DNA of 64,000 nucleotides from an uncultured archaeon (GTDB taxonomy: Archaea; Thermoplasmatota; Penumbrarchaeia; JASLWR01). Each line of letters opens with the position of its first letter. The first letter of the stretch is position 1. Below are positions 50,120 through 62,500 of this stretch, piece by piece. Where the stretch lies: NCBI GenBank assembly GCA_964342815.1, contig CAYFHS010000009.1:64686-128685 (forward strand), written 5' to 3'. The notes beneath the pieces are model-generated. The model had not been told where the DNA came from, did no database searches, and saw only the letters and a list, made by a program, of their open reading frames with translations. The translations under genes were made by a program, and so were the position numbers.

Positions 50120-53100
50120 ATGAAGCGCGTAATTTCTCCAGTTGCAATTTTTTTATTATTTAGCATTTTGTTGAGTAATATTGTGATGCACCCAGCATTG
50201 GAAGTGGACAAAGCTGGTGAGATCAGTTCAGAAAAAGAAAATATGGTAAATACCAGTAGCAAATACGGGGAAAAAATAGTTCGTGACACCCGATCGTCGA
50301 GAGACCTCGATATAGTCACCGTAATGTTCGATGATGCACATTTCCCCGCATACACCGCAGACCCCGCAAATGACGCGGACGAATCAGTGGGTGGATGTGC
50401 AGGGGGATACAGTGATTTTGCTGATGTTTTAAGGGATCCCGTTGGTATGTCGAGACAGGGGCATAACTTCATCACCGATAATAATTATGAGGTAATTTCT
50501 CTTAATGAGGGAGAAATCGTCACCGATGCCGTTCTAGAAGAGGTGGACGTGCTGGTTATCCCATGCTCCTTCAACAGGTATGCCGACAGCGAGATCGATG
50601 CCATAGAACGGTACGTCAAAGGTGGCGGTGGTCTCTTTCTAATAGCAGATCATTCCAACTTCGCAAATTCCATGGATGATATCGCCTGGAGATTTCACGT
50701 CCGGTGGGCACATGACGTGGTAACCGACAATAATGATTATTCAGGACCCTATAACTATTGGATCATCTATGAAGATCGACCTCCGGCCTCAGGTCCGGGG
50801 GATGACAACATGCCTGCCAATGATGCGCCCAATTACCAGAACGATCCCGATGAAATATGGAAGATAACCCAATATTCTCCCACGGTTCAATTCTATTGCT
50901 CAAACGCTTACACTTATGAGAATCCACAAGAATCGAGGCCGGTAATAATAACAGATACCGACGGAAGTTCGAACTTTTACGGTGAACCGGCCTGCCTCGC
51001 TTTACCCAACGGTAACGCTACCGGCGCCGGGAAAGCGGTGCTGATTACGGATTCTAATGTATTTGGAGATATGTGGTATGAATGGGGTACACCGGATGGG
51101 GATTGCGACGATGACGGAAAAAAAGATTTCTGGGATGAACACAATGCTGAATTCGGTCTGGGCGTAATAGACTGGCTTGCGCCTGGAGCCTATGAAGTAG
51201 CTCTTATTCCCGGTGAGAAAGATCCCCACAGCGGTCTTCCCAAACCCCTGGTCTATATCTACGAGCCCGGAGAGACCCATACCTTCGAGATAGAGGTCTG
51301 GAATCTTGGACTCAGAGCGGATACGATAAAACTCGAGATACCTGAATTGCCCGGTAACTGGACAGCATCATTGGATAAATCAGAAACAGGGGAACTGGGT
51401 AAAAGAGAGTCCGAACACGTGATGCTTACCGTGACGGCCCCAATAACGAACGTCACCGATGGTGATTACGCCTTGATCAATGTTACCGCGACTTCGGTGG
51501 GAGACCCTGAAAACGCAACCGATACAATTCAATCAACCAATGTTATCATGGTGGACCTGGGTTTCAATGTCAACTGGGCTGTAAAGACAGATGTGAACGA
51601 ACAGAAAAAGATAACCGTGGACCCTGGAAAGACATCGGTGGCCACTCTCGGCATCAACAATATTGGCAATATCAACGACACTTATGAAATAGTATTTCAG
51701 GGGGTACCCAGCGATTGGAAGATGAACGTAGACACCGAGCACAATCCCGGTTGGGTGTTTAATGACGAAAAGATGTCTTTGCGGGGTATCGAACTTTCAT
51801 CATATCATTTCAAGGAAAATACCACGGGTGTGACCGTTTTCATCACACCTCCAATAGATGCAAAGGAAGGGGAGACCGCAATAATTACTGCTGTAGGTGA
51901 GTCATACCTCTCCAAACTTAGCGGCCAGGATGCCAAGGGTAAACATGACGACGACCTAATTGCTGAGGTTAGTGCTTTCCGCGCAGTAGAGATAGAATGT
52001 GATGAAGCGATAAAATACGTTGACCCAGGGAAATCCGTTAGTTACACCGTCTCTATCAGGAATAATGGTAACAGTAAGGAAAATATAGAGGTCCAACTTG
52101 GTCCGGTAATCGCGGGATGGACCGCTACAGTGGATTTTCCAAGTATTATTCTGCAGGCCAGACAGCGTAAGACAGTTACTGTGACAATGACTGCACCGGA
52201 AGGCGCATTAGAAGGTTCCCGCTGCATTCTGGAAGTAAAAGTAAATATGCCTTCGGTGGACAAGGTAGTGGATTCGGTCTACCTCACCACTATTGTGAAC
52301 CGCTTTTGTATAATTAGTGCTTCCTTGGAGGACTCCGATTATTACAATCTGGATCCTGGTGATAAAATCTCCTTGAACTTCTCAGTGAGCAATCTTGGCA
52401 ATGGTTTGACTGGAGCAAACTTCTTCATGCTCCAGCTAGAAATGGACTGGGATTTCACCTTTCTTTTCGAGGGACTCCCTGTTGACTATATTACCCTTGA
52501 GCCGTTCCAGACAATTAATATGCGACTGGATATAACGGTCTCCGGTAATGCTCTCGCGGACGGTATCCCGGAAACCCCGAGCTTCGACCCGTTTTCTATA
52601 ATTGTCAATATCAGCGGCGAGGAGAATTTCGAATATCTTTTCCTATCCGTACTGGTAAGTAGAAAGTCATCGGTTGAGCTATTCTCATCCGGAGAAATGG
52701 AAATTACCGAACCGGGGGCTTTTGCCCTATTTCGTATATGTGTCAAGAACAACGGAAATGCCTGGGATGAAATACAGCTCAATATCGAGGACATCCCTTT
52801 GGACCTCTACCCGGCAACGGGAATTAGGAAGCCGTGGACAGTATTCTTCTCAGAGGTATCGATGGATGAACAGACCTCGAGCATCAAAAATGTGGAATAT
52901 GTGGATTTCACCAAAACTGTGGACGTAACTTACCTTGATCACTCCAAGTCCTATGAACCTAGCAACATGAGAGAAGAACTTCTTTTACAGAATGAAATAA
53001 CTCTCAGAATTCCTAGAAAGCGAGCGGCCTGGGTTACGATTACCGTAGAGATTCCGCGCTATGCCACTGCGAGAGATGCTGTTTTCAATGTAAGCTCGAT

Positions 53101-53590
53101 ATGCATAAGCTCTCCCGGCCTCAATCTCCCGATAATAAGTTCAACGGTAAGCGTACGGAATGCCGATCTCACATTTGTAGGTGATATCGAGCTTCCCGAC
53201 ACAATTAAGACAGGGCAGCTTGTATCGGTTATGGTCAAGGTGAAAAACACAGGGGATATCCGCGCGGAAGATGTTCAGGTCCGTCTCTACGTCGACGGAC
53301 TGGCCGTGGCCACCATGCCAATTCGTACCGTACTTGCGGGAAATACTCAAATGGTGGCCTTCACGTGGAAGGTTCCTGATATTACGGAATGCAGGCTAAA
53401 GGTGATAATTGACCCGGATAACCTCATAGTGGAAAAGGACAAACAGGACAATAGTATCGAAAAACCCGTGTTAATCGAAGGTTCTTCGGGGGTAATTGGC
53501 GGCATCGCCTATTGGATTATGGCCGTCGCTGGTATCATCGTTCTTGGTGCAGTGTTGACTATGGCTTTTCTTTGGTCGGTGAGGAGATAG
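50120..53590 (+). CDS. Surface protein: GldG/DUF4350-like domain, NEW3-like Ig repeats, CARDB, C-terminal TM
   Basis: Signal peptide; DVLVIP...EIDAIERYVKGGGGLFLIADH; repeated NxGNxxDT...W; ADL...VKVKNTG...LKVIIDPDN.I.E; TM plus RR. Confidence 0.82.
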   Translation: MKRVISPVAIFLLFSILLSNIVMHPALEVDKAGEISSEKENMVNTSSKYGEKIVRDTRSSRDLDIVTVMFDDAHFPAYTADPANDADESVGGCAGGYSDFADVLRDPVGMSRQGHNFITDNNYEVISLNEGEIVTDAVLEEVDVLVIPCSFNRYADSEIDAIERYVKGGGGLFLIADHSNFANSMDDIAWRFHVRWAHDVVTDNNDYSGPYNYWIIYEDRPPASGPGDDNMPANDAPNYQNDPDEIWKITQYSPTVQFYCSNAYTYENPQESRPVIITDTDGSSNFYGEPACLALPNGNATGAGKAVLITDSNVFGDMWYEWGTPDGDCDDDGKKDFWDEHNAEFGLGVIDWLAPGAYEVALIPGEKDPHSGLPKPLVYIYEPGETHTFEIEVWNLGLRADTIKLEIPELPGNWTASLDKSETGELGKRESEHVMLTVTAPITNVTDGDYALINVTATSVGDPENATDTIQSTNVIMVDLGFNVNWAVKTDVNEQKKITVDPGKTSVATLGINNIGNINDTYEIVFQGVPSDWKMNVDTEHNPGWVFNDEKMSLRGIELSSYHFKENTTGVTVFITPPIDAKEGETAIITAVGESYLSKLSGQDAKGKHDDDLIAEVSAFRAVEIECDEAIKYVDPGKSVSYTVSIRNNGNSKENIEVQLGPVIAGWTATVDFPSIILQARQRKTVTVTMTAPEGALEGSRCILEVKVNMPSVDKVVDSVYLTTIVNRFCIISASLEDSDYYNLDPGDKISLNFSVSNLGNGLTGANFFMLQLEMDWDFTFLFEGLPVDYITLEPFQTINMRLDITVSGNALADGIPETPSFDPFSIIVNISGEENFEYLFLSVLVSRKSSVELFSSGEMEITEPGAFALFRICVKNNGNAWDEIQLNIEDIPLDLYPATGIRKPWTVFFSEVSMDEQTSSIKNVEYVDFTKTVDVTYLDHSKSYEPSNMREELLLQNEITLRIPRKRAAWVTITVEIPRYATARDAVFNVSSICISSPGLNLPIISSTVSVRNADLTFVGDIELPDTIKTGQLVSVMVKVKNTGDIRAEDVQVRLYVDGLAVATMPIRTVLAGNTQMVAFTWKVPDITECRLKVIIDPDNLIVEKDKQDNSIEKPVLIEGSSGVIGGIAYWIMAVAGIIVLGAVLTMAFLWSVRR

Positions 53591-56500
53591 TAATATATCG
53601 GTTTTTTTCACTGCCTTGTGGATTGAATATGATCTCGAAATCATAATCCTCGTCAGCTTCTAGATAGCGGCCTTTTAACCCTAGTGACACTTCATCATCA
53701 GTCCACTTGGAGAGAGAAGCTTTCTCGTCTTCATATCGTATTCCGCAGTTGGGGCAAAATGAAGTGTCTTCTTCCACGATATTCTCGCAAATGGGACATT
53801 GATATTCTATCTCGTAATTTTCGAATAATTTCACCTCGATGTCCTTTGCGGATTCCATCGCTTCTTCGAGCATACCTACCACCTTTCCACTCTCTTCTTC
53901 TTCCTCCTCCATATCCAGTTCATCCAATTCCGCTCCCAAGCGATCGAGCTGATCCACCCATTTACTAAGTTCAGCACCACAAGAAACGCAGATGCTGTCA
54001 CCGGGTGTGATAAAAGCTTCGCAATCAGGACATCTCAAGACCGTTTTCTCCTCCTCGATTATAGCAAGGCCGTATTCAGGTTCTTTGGAATCCAAATCTT
54101 CTTTTTTCTCCGGAGCAAGAGTTTCTTCGGACCAGGCAGAATCAGCTTGCTCATCCACTGGTTGGAACCTTTCATCAACTGATTCAATGGGTTCATCTTC
54201 GGATATTTCGCCGGTATCCACAACCCTGGCGGCCAGCTCTCCAATGATCTTTTCGGTTTCTTCGGATGCGACTCCTTGCTCCAATACCTTTTCAGCGGCT
54301 TCTTGAACAGCATCTTCCATTGAGATATCCTCTATTTCGTCGAATACTTCATCTATCTCTTTTGCTGTCTTTCCTCCCGGTTTAATTATTTCTTTTTCCT
54401 CATCAACCGCAGCATCCTCTTCCGACTCCGGCTCTCCATCGGTTAGGGGTGTATAGCCGCAATGAATGCAAACCTTATCCCCGGAACTAAGATCTTCCCA
54501 GCATTCGGGACATACATTCTTTTCCTCGGGAGCATCAACAAATGTGTCTTTTTTCTTCCTATCTTTATCTTCAACTTTATCTTCTTTTTTCTCCTCCACC
54601 TGTATTTCTTTCTTTTCCTTCTTCTCATCGTCCTTAATCACTTTTTCGTCTTCTTCTGATTCTACTGCCACACCACAATGCGGGCAGAACTCACTGTAAT
54701 CAGGGATTTCCTCTCCACATTCCGCACAAATTGGCGCACTTATTTCCTCTACCTCCAGCGGTTCATCATCGGGCCCCAATTCATCCTTTGATTTATCCCC
54801 GGCACCACCTCGTTTTCTCAAAACCATAACAATAAAAACTATATTCATGATTACTAATACAACAATAATCGCAGCAAATAAGACCGTCCTCGATGAGAGA
54901 CCTTCTTCAACATCGGTCTCCTCCACCACCGCCAATGGGGCGAATATTGTAAGATGGGTAATGTTACCCCAGACAACTTTCCGGGTCAAGTCAACCCCAC
55001 TTTTCTCAATTACTTCCCACTTGCTAGCTGACTCGTTCCAGAAGTACAGTTTCATTGATTTCACATCCACGCCAGGGGGTATATCGGAGTCGCTATAGGG
55101 AATTTCAATGTAGATCCAATCGAATTCCTCGAGCTCGATTTCAAGGAAAAGCCCCAGATCCAGTGTATTACCGGTTGCCCGGTCCACCTTCGAACTAACC
55201 TCATTCCATTCCATCTTTTTCACATAAAGCGTCCCGTTTCCAGATACCCTTACATTCGCTACTACATTTCCGAATTGATCCTTGATACTTTTTTCGGTAA
55301 CGTTCCCTTCACCGATTTCGGTTGTGATCACAACACCTACATAGACCGTTAAACTGTCGGTTGATTCCAAACCAGCAGCATCGCGGATTCGAAGATTGAC
55401 CAGGTAATCTCCATGATTATCAAATGTGTAACACGTTCGATTACCGTGAAGCTCCACGATCACCCCCCCGTAGAAGAAGGACCACGACCATTCGGCGACC
55501 CCCAAGTTATCAGAACTACCGGTTCCATTGAAGCAGACCCTATCATGCACTGCAATGTAAACGTCATCTCCCGCTTCAGCAACAGGTAGTGTGGTGTCCG
55601 TTACGGTGACATTGAAATGATTCAAATCCCAATTATTGTAAAAATCACTGACTTTCAGAGTAATAAGATACCTTCCGGCCGAATCGAACTTGAAAAAGGT
55701 TTCCGTTCCATTCAGCTCTTGTTCAATGTCATCATATAAAAAGGTCCATATGTATTCTTTGATATCCAAATTATCAGTGCTTGCCCCGCCGTCGAAAAAT
55801 GCCGTCCTATGTTGATCGATGATGATATCACCCTTGACCCTGGCTACTGGATCAATGACGTCATATACCTCTATCTGGAAATATTCACTTGTATGTTCAT
55901 TCAATGAGAGGTCTCGAAGAACGAAGGAATAATTCATGAACAATGCTGCATTTGAAACTCGGATAGAGCTTGTCCAGATGCCAAATGACTTATATTCAAA
56001 TTCTGATAAGAGATATTCACTACCGTCGAAAGAATACCTCAATGATACCGAAATCACATCCATATTGTCAGAAACATTGATGGTGATGTCAAGAATCTCG
56101 CCGGTCTCAGGGGGTCCCATCAATATTTCATTAATCGAAGGTGCGTCATTGTCTTCTACAGTCTTTTGGGGTTGGCTGATGTTCAGGTAATTACCAGAGC
56201 TGTCCCTGATATGGAAGAAATATAATAGGAAATTTGCGTCGGTTGGCACATCTATTATTACATACCACAGATCTTCGATGTTCGGGATCATAGGTTCAAT
56301 GTGGTAATTGGTATCATCAAAAGTATACCGCAAGGTCACCGAGTTAACTCCTATGTTATCCCCGGCATCCAGAAGAACCATGTATTGATCGCCGGTTGTG
56401 GGGTCACCGGTGGTTTCATCGCTTATTAGCGAAGGCAGATCATTATCATATACTTTGACGGTTCTTAAGCCGCTTTTATTGATATTACCTGAAGTATCTT

Positions 56501-59500
56501 CCATATGGATGACATAAGTGATAAGCTCCAAATTGTGTTCAAGCCGTATCGTATTATGCCAGTATCCTTCTATATTATTCAGTGAAACGTTGCCTCCATC
56601 TGCCCAGTGACTATAATTGATATGCACGGCGGAAATTCCAATATTGTCGAAGGCACTAATATTGAAATGGAAATCATCCCCAGTGGTTGCAGTGTTCCCA
56701 CTGTTGTCCTTTAGGAGAAGAGGTATGTCATTATCGATCATTGCAGCATAAAGTAGAGAACTGAGGTTGTAATTATTAGACGTATCTGAGATTATAACAT
56801 AGTAGTTTAAGTTGGCGAGACTATCGTCGAGAAGTATTGTAGTAGACCAGTAACCGTCGTTGAGGAAAAGAGAAACGTTATCACCCAGCTTCCCATGGCT
56901 GTAATTCACGCTTACCTCTAGAACGTCGATATTGTCGGAAGCAGTTATGTTGAACCGGTAATAATCCCCGGTGTAACCGACAGCAGGGCTTGAGTCAGAA
57001 TCGAACAAGGGCGCGTCATTATCTTGAATAAGCACGTTCCACTGCGGACCTATGTCAATATTTTGGGAAGTGTCGTTCACGAATATTTTGTATATCAGGT
57101 CTCCAAGATCATCATCGAGCACAATCGAAAGGAACCAATATCCTTGCCCTCTTTCAAGAGACTGGTTACCACTTCGATTTCCGTGGGTCCAGTTCACGAA
57201 AATAACATCCACGTCAATGTTGTCTGTTGCGCTGATGTTGAAGGTGTAGTTGTCCCCCGTCGTACCAGTGAATGGACTGTCATCCCCTATCAATTGAGGT
57301 GAATCGTTATCTGAAACCGATATGGTCTCGGTCTCGTTTCGGTTATAATTACCCGATGAGTCATTTACTTGGATCGAATATGTCAGGTTAGATAGATTAT
57401 GATCAAGGGTTATGGTGAGGCTCCACGTTCCATCACCATCATCGGACAAAGCGATATTTTCGCTAATATTCCCATGTGACCACGTTACGTTTACGCCGGC
57501 AACATGGACATTATCAGATACTGTAATATTGAACACGTAATTATCCCCAGTAGTGCCGCTGTTGGCGCTGTTGTCGTTTATTAGAATTGGATTATCATCA
57601 TCGGATATCGAAACGGTCTCGGTGGCATTACGATAGAAATTCCCTGAAGTATCGTTCACCTGGATAGAGTAAGTGAGATCAGCGATGCTGTGATCGAGAG
57701 TTATAGTCAAGCTCCAGGTGCCGTCTCCATCATTGTTCATGGCATCATTCCCACTCCGACCACCATGGGTCCAGCTAACATTCACACTAGCCACAGCAAT
57801 ATTGTCAGATACTGTGATATCGTATACAAAGGAATCTCCAGTGGTACCGCCGTTGGGACTGTCGTCGTTATTAACACTGGGATTATCATTATCAAAAACG
57901 GGGATGGTTTCGGTGGCGTTTCTACTGTAATTCCCAGAAGTGTCATTCACCTGGATCGAGTAAACAAGATTAGAAAGACTATGATCGAGAGTTATGGTAA
58001 GGCTCCAGGTGCCATCTCCGTCATTGTTCAAAGCGGTGTTACCGCTGAGCCCGCCATGAGACCAAGTTACATTTACACTAGCCACCCCGATATTATCTGT
58101 TACCCTAATATCAAATACATAGCTGTCACCGGTGGTTCCGCTGTTGGAGCTGGAGTCATTATCGATACTCGGATCGTCATTATCGTAGATCGAAATGGTC
58201 TCGGTGGCATTTCGATGGTAATTCCCTGTAGAATCATTAATCTGGATCGAATAAGTAAGGTCAGAGAGACTGTGATCGAGAATAATTGTGAGACTCCACG
58301 TTCCATCCCCGTCATCGTTCATGGCTTCATTTCCGCCAAGTCCTCCGTGGGACCATGTAACGTTTAAACCCGCAACCGCAATGTTGTCGGACACAGTAAT
58401 ATTGAAAACATAATTGTCCCCAGTGGTACCATTGTTCAGGCTGTCGTCTTTCACAATGCTCGGTATATCATTATCGCTTACAGAAACGGTCTCTGTGGCA
58501 TTTCTACTGTAATTACCGGAAGTGTCGTTAACCTGGATCGAGTAAGTAAGATTGGAGAGACTATGATCGAGAGTTATGGTAAGACTCCAGGTACCGTCAC
58601 CATCATCGTTCATGGCCTCGTTGTTACTGAGACCACCATGAGACCAAGTTACGTTTACAGTGGCAACTCCAATATTGTCGGACACTGTAATATTGAATAT
58701 ATAGCTGTCTCCAGTAGTACCGCTGTTAGGGCTGTCGTCGTTAGCAAGACCTGGAATATCATTATCATATACAAGAATGTGCTCGGTGGCATTTCGGGTG
58801 TAATTACCAGAAGTGTCATTCACCTGGATAGAGTAAGTAAGATTAGAGAGACTATGATCGAGAGTTATGGTAAGACTCCATGTACCGTCACCGTCATTGT
58901 TCATTGCATCGTTCCCGCTCAGTCCACCATGGGACCAGGTTACGTTTACGCCAGCAATTCCAATATTATCGGACACCGTTATGTTGAATTCGTAGTTGTC
59001 ACCGGTGGTTCCACTGTTGGGACTGTCATCGTTCACGAGACTCGGATTGTCGTTATCATAAACAGGAATTGTCTCCGTCGCATTTCGAGTGTAATTGCCG
59101 GAAGTGTCATTCACCTGGATAGAGTAAGTAAGATTGGAGAGACTATGATCGAGAGTAATGGTGAGACTCCAGGTGCCATCTCCGTCATTGTTCATGGCTT
59201 CGTTTCCGCCTCTAGCGCCGTGGGACCACGTTACGTTTACGCTGGCCACTCCCATGTTATCTGAAACGGCAATATCGAAAACAAAATTGTCCCCGGTGGT
59301 ACCGTTGTTCGGACTATCGTCGTTGTCGAGGGTAGGATTATCGTTATCGAAAACCGTAATGATTTCAGTGGCATTTCGAGAATAGTTACTTGAAGTGTCG
59401 TTCACCTGGATCGAATACGTTAGATTCGAGACACTCTGATCGAGAGAAATGGTAAGAGTCCAGGTTCCGTTTCCGTAATTGTTCATGGGTTCGTTTCCGC

Positions 59501-62500
59501 TTAGACCACCGTGTGACCATGTAACGTTTACGCTGGCAATCCCAATATTATCGGACACAGTTATATTGAATACATAGTTATCACCGGTGGTGCCGCTGTT
59601 CGGACTGTTGTCATTATCCAAAGTCGGATTATCGTTATCATATACTCGGATCATTTCAGTGGCATTTCTTGAGTAATTCCCGGAAGTATCATTTACCTGG
59701 ATCGAATAAGTTAGATTAGAGAGGCTGTGATCGAGGGTGATGGTAAGGCTCCAAGTACCGTCACCGTCATTGTTCATGGCATTGTTTCCGCTCAGGCCAC
59801 CATGAGACCATGTCACATTTACGCTGGCTACTCCTATGTTATCAGTCACGTTCACATCGAAAACGTAATTGTCACCGGTAGTTCCCATATTTGGGCTGTC
59901 ATCTTTAGCGAGACTTGGATTATCATTATCATATACTGTGATGGTCTCGGTGGCATTTCTACTATAATTCCCAGAAGTGTCGTTTACCTGGATGGAATAG
60001 CTTAGATTCGAGAGACTATGATCAAGTATAATGGTAAGACTCCATGTTCCGTCGCCGTCATTGTTCATGGCATTGTTTCCGCTCAGACCACCATGAGACC
60101 ATGTCACATTTACGCTGGCCACTCCTATGTTATCAGTCACGTTCACATCGAAAACGTAATTGTCACCGGTGGTACCCATGATGGGGCTGTCGTCTTTAGC
60201 GAAACTTGGATTATCGTTATCATATACTGTGATGGTCTCGGTGGCATTTCTACTGTAATTCCCGGAAGTGTCGTTTACCTGGATCGAGTAAGTAAGATTC
60301 GAAAGACTGTGATCGAGGGTTATGGTAAGACTCCAAGTACCGTCACCGTCGTTGTTCATTGCATCGTTCCCGCTCAGACCACCATGGTACCAGCTTACGT
60401 TCACGCTTCCGATCCCTACATTGTCTGAACCAGTTATATCGAAAAGGTAATTATCGCCGGTGGTTCCAATGTTTGGACTGTTGTCATTGTCAAGGGTGGG
60501 ATTGTCGTTATCATATACTGTAATGGTCTCGGTGGCATTTCGTGTGTAATTCCCCGAAGTGTCGTTCAACTGGATCGAGTAAGTAAGATTGGAAAGGCTG
60601 TGATCGATAGTTATAGTAAGACTCCATGTTCCGTCGCCGTCATTGTTCATTGCATCGTTCCCGCTAAGACCACCATGAGACCAGGTAACATTTACACTGG
60701 CCACACCAATATTATCAGATACTGTGATATCGAACACATAGTTATCTCCAGTGGTACCGTTGTTGGGACTGTTATCATTATCTAGATTCGGGTTGTCATT
60801 ATCATAAACCGGAACGGTCTCGGTGGCGTTTCTACTATAATTCCCCGAGGTGTCGTTCACTTGAATCGAATAGGTTAGGTTGGAGAGACTATGGTCGAGA
60901 GTTATCGTGAGACTCCAAGTTCCATCTCCGTCATCGTTCATTGCTACATTTCCACCCAGCCCCCCGTGTGCCCATGTCACATTCACACTTACAACCGCTA
61001 CGTTATCGGAAGCTGTAATGTTGAAAACATAATTATCACCGGTGGTACCGCTATCCGGACTATCGTCATTATCGAGAGTCGGATTTGCGTCATCGGCTAC
61101 AGAAACTGTCTCGGTGGCATTTCTAGAATAATTCCCGGAAGTATCGTTCACCTGGATCGAATAGGTTAAATTTCCAACACTGTTATCCAGTGTAATAGTC
61201 AGACTCCAAGTACCGTCCCCATCGTTATTCATTGCTTCGTTTCCTCCGAGACCCCCATGGGACCAAGTTACGTTAACACTCCCTATCCCGATATTATCTG
61301 ACACAGTTATATCGAAAACGAAGTTCGCACCTGAAGTACCGCTGTTGGGACTATCGTCGTTCACTAGACTAGGATTGTCGTTATCATATACTGGAACGGT
61401 CTCTGTGGCATTTCTACTGTAATTACCGGAAGTGTCGTTTACTTGTATCGAATAGGTTAGGTTGGAGAGACTATGATCCAAAGTTATTGTGAGACTCCAA
61501 GTACCGTCGCCGTCATCGTTCATTGCCTCGTTAGCTCCAAGACCACTGTGAGACCACGTAACATTTACGGTGGCAACTGCGATGTTGTCAGATACGGTAA
61601 TATCGAAAACATAATTGTCCCCTGTGGAACCGCTGTTCGGACTGTTATCATTGTCCGTGCCAGGATTATCATTATCGTAAACAGGGATGGATTCCGTCGC
61701 ATTTCGGATAAAATTACCTGAGGTATCGTTCACCTGGATCGAATAGTTAAAATTATTGAGACTGTGATCGAGGGTAATTGTCAGGCTCCAAGTACCGTCT
61801 CCATCATCGTTCAGTGCTTTATTGCCCCCGAGATTCCCATGGGTCCAGGTGACATTGATGCTTCCCACGGCAATATTATCCGACACAGCAATATCGAAAA
61901 TGAAAGAATCACCAGTGGTTCCCATATTTGAACTGTTGTCATAATTTTGGGCGGGGTTGTCATTATCACTTACAGTTACGGTCTGGATCCCACTATTAAG
62001 TGAGTTCCCAGCATTATCCCTAGCAATATAATAGTATATCATATTACCAAGATTATGATCGAGGTTAACAGTCAGGCTCCAGGTGCCATCACCATCGTCG
62101 TTCATTGCCTGGTCTCCGCCCAGGCCACCATGAGACCAAGTTACGTTTACAGTTATTACACCTATGTTATCAGTTAGATTGATGTCAAATGTAAAAGCAT
62201 CACCAGTTGTGCCGGTTCCAGGGCTGTCATTGCTTACCTGAGTGGGATTGTCGTTATCACTGACGGAAACGGTTTGCTGTGATTGACGGAAATAATTTCC
62301 TGAACTATCGTTCACCTGAACTGAATAATACAGGTCGTTGACGCTATGATCCAGGGTAATTGTCAAACTCCAGGTGCCATCTCCATCATCGTTCATGGCT
62401 GAATTACTCGAAAGGCCACCATGGGACCAGGTAACGTTAACGCTTGGAACTGCTATGTTATCTGACAAGGTAATATTGAATACAAAATTATCACCTGTAG

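Noticed and set aside
53559-53590. Functional significance of the 32-nt convergent overlap between two surface-protein genes
   Set aside because: Short 3' overlaps are common in compact archaeal genomes (also 44277-44280); nothing else suggests regulation
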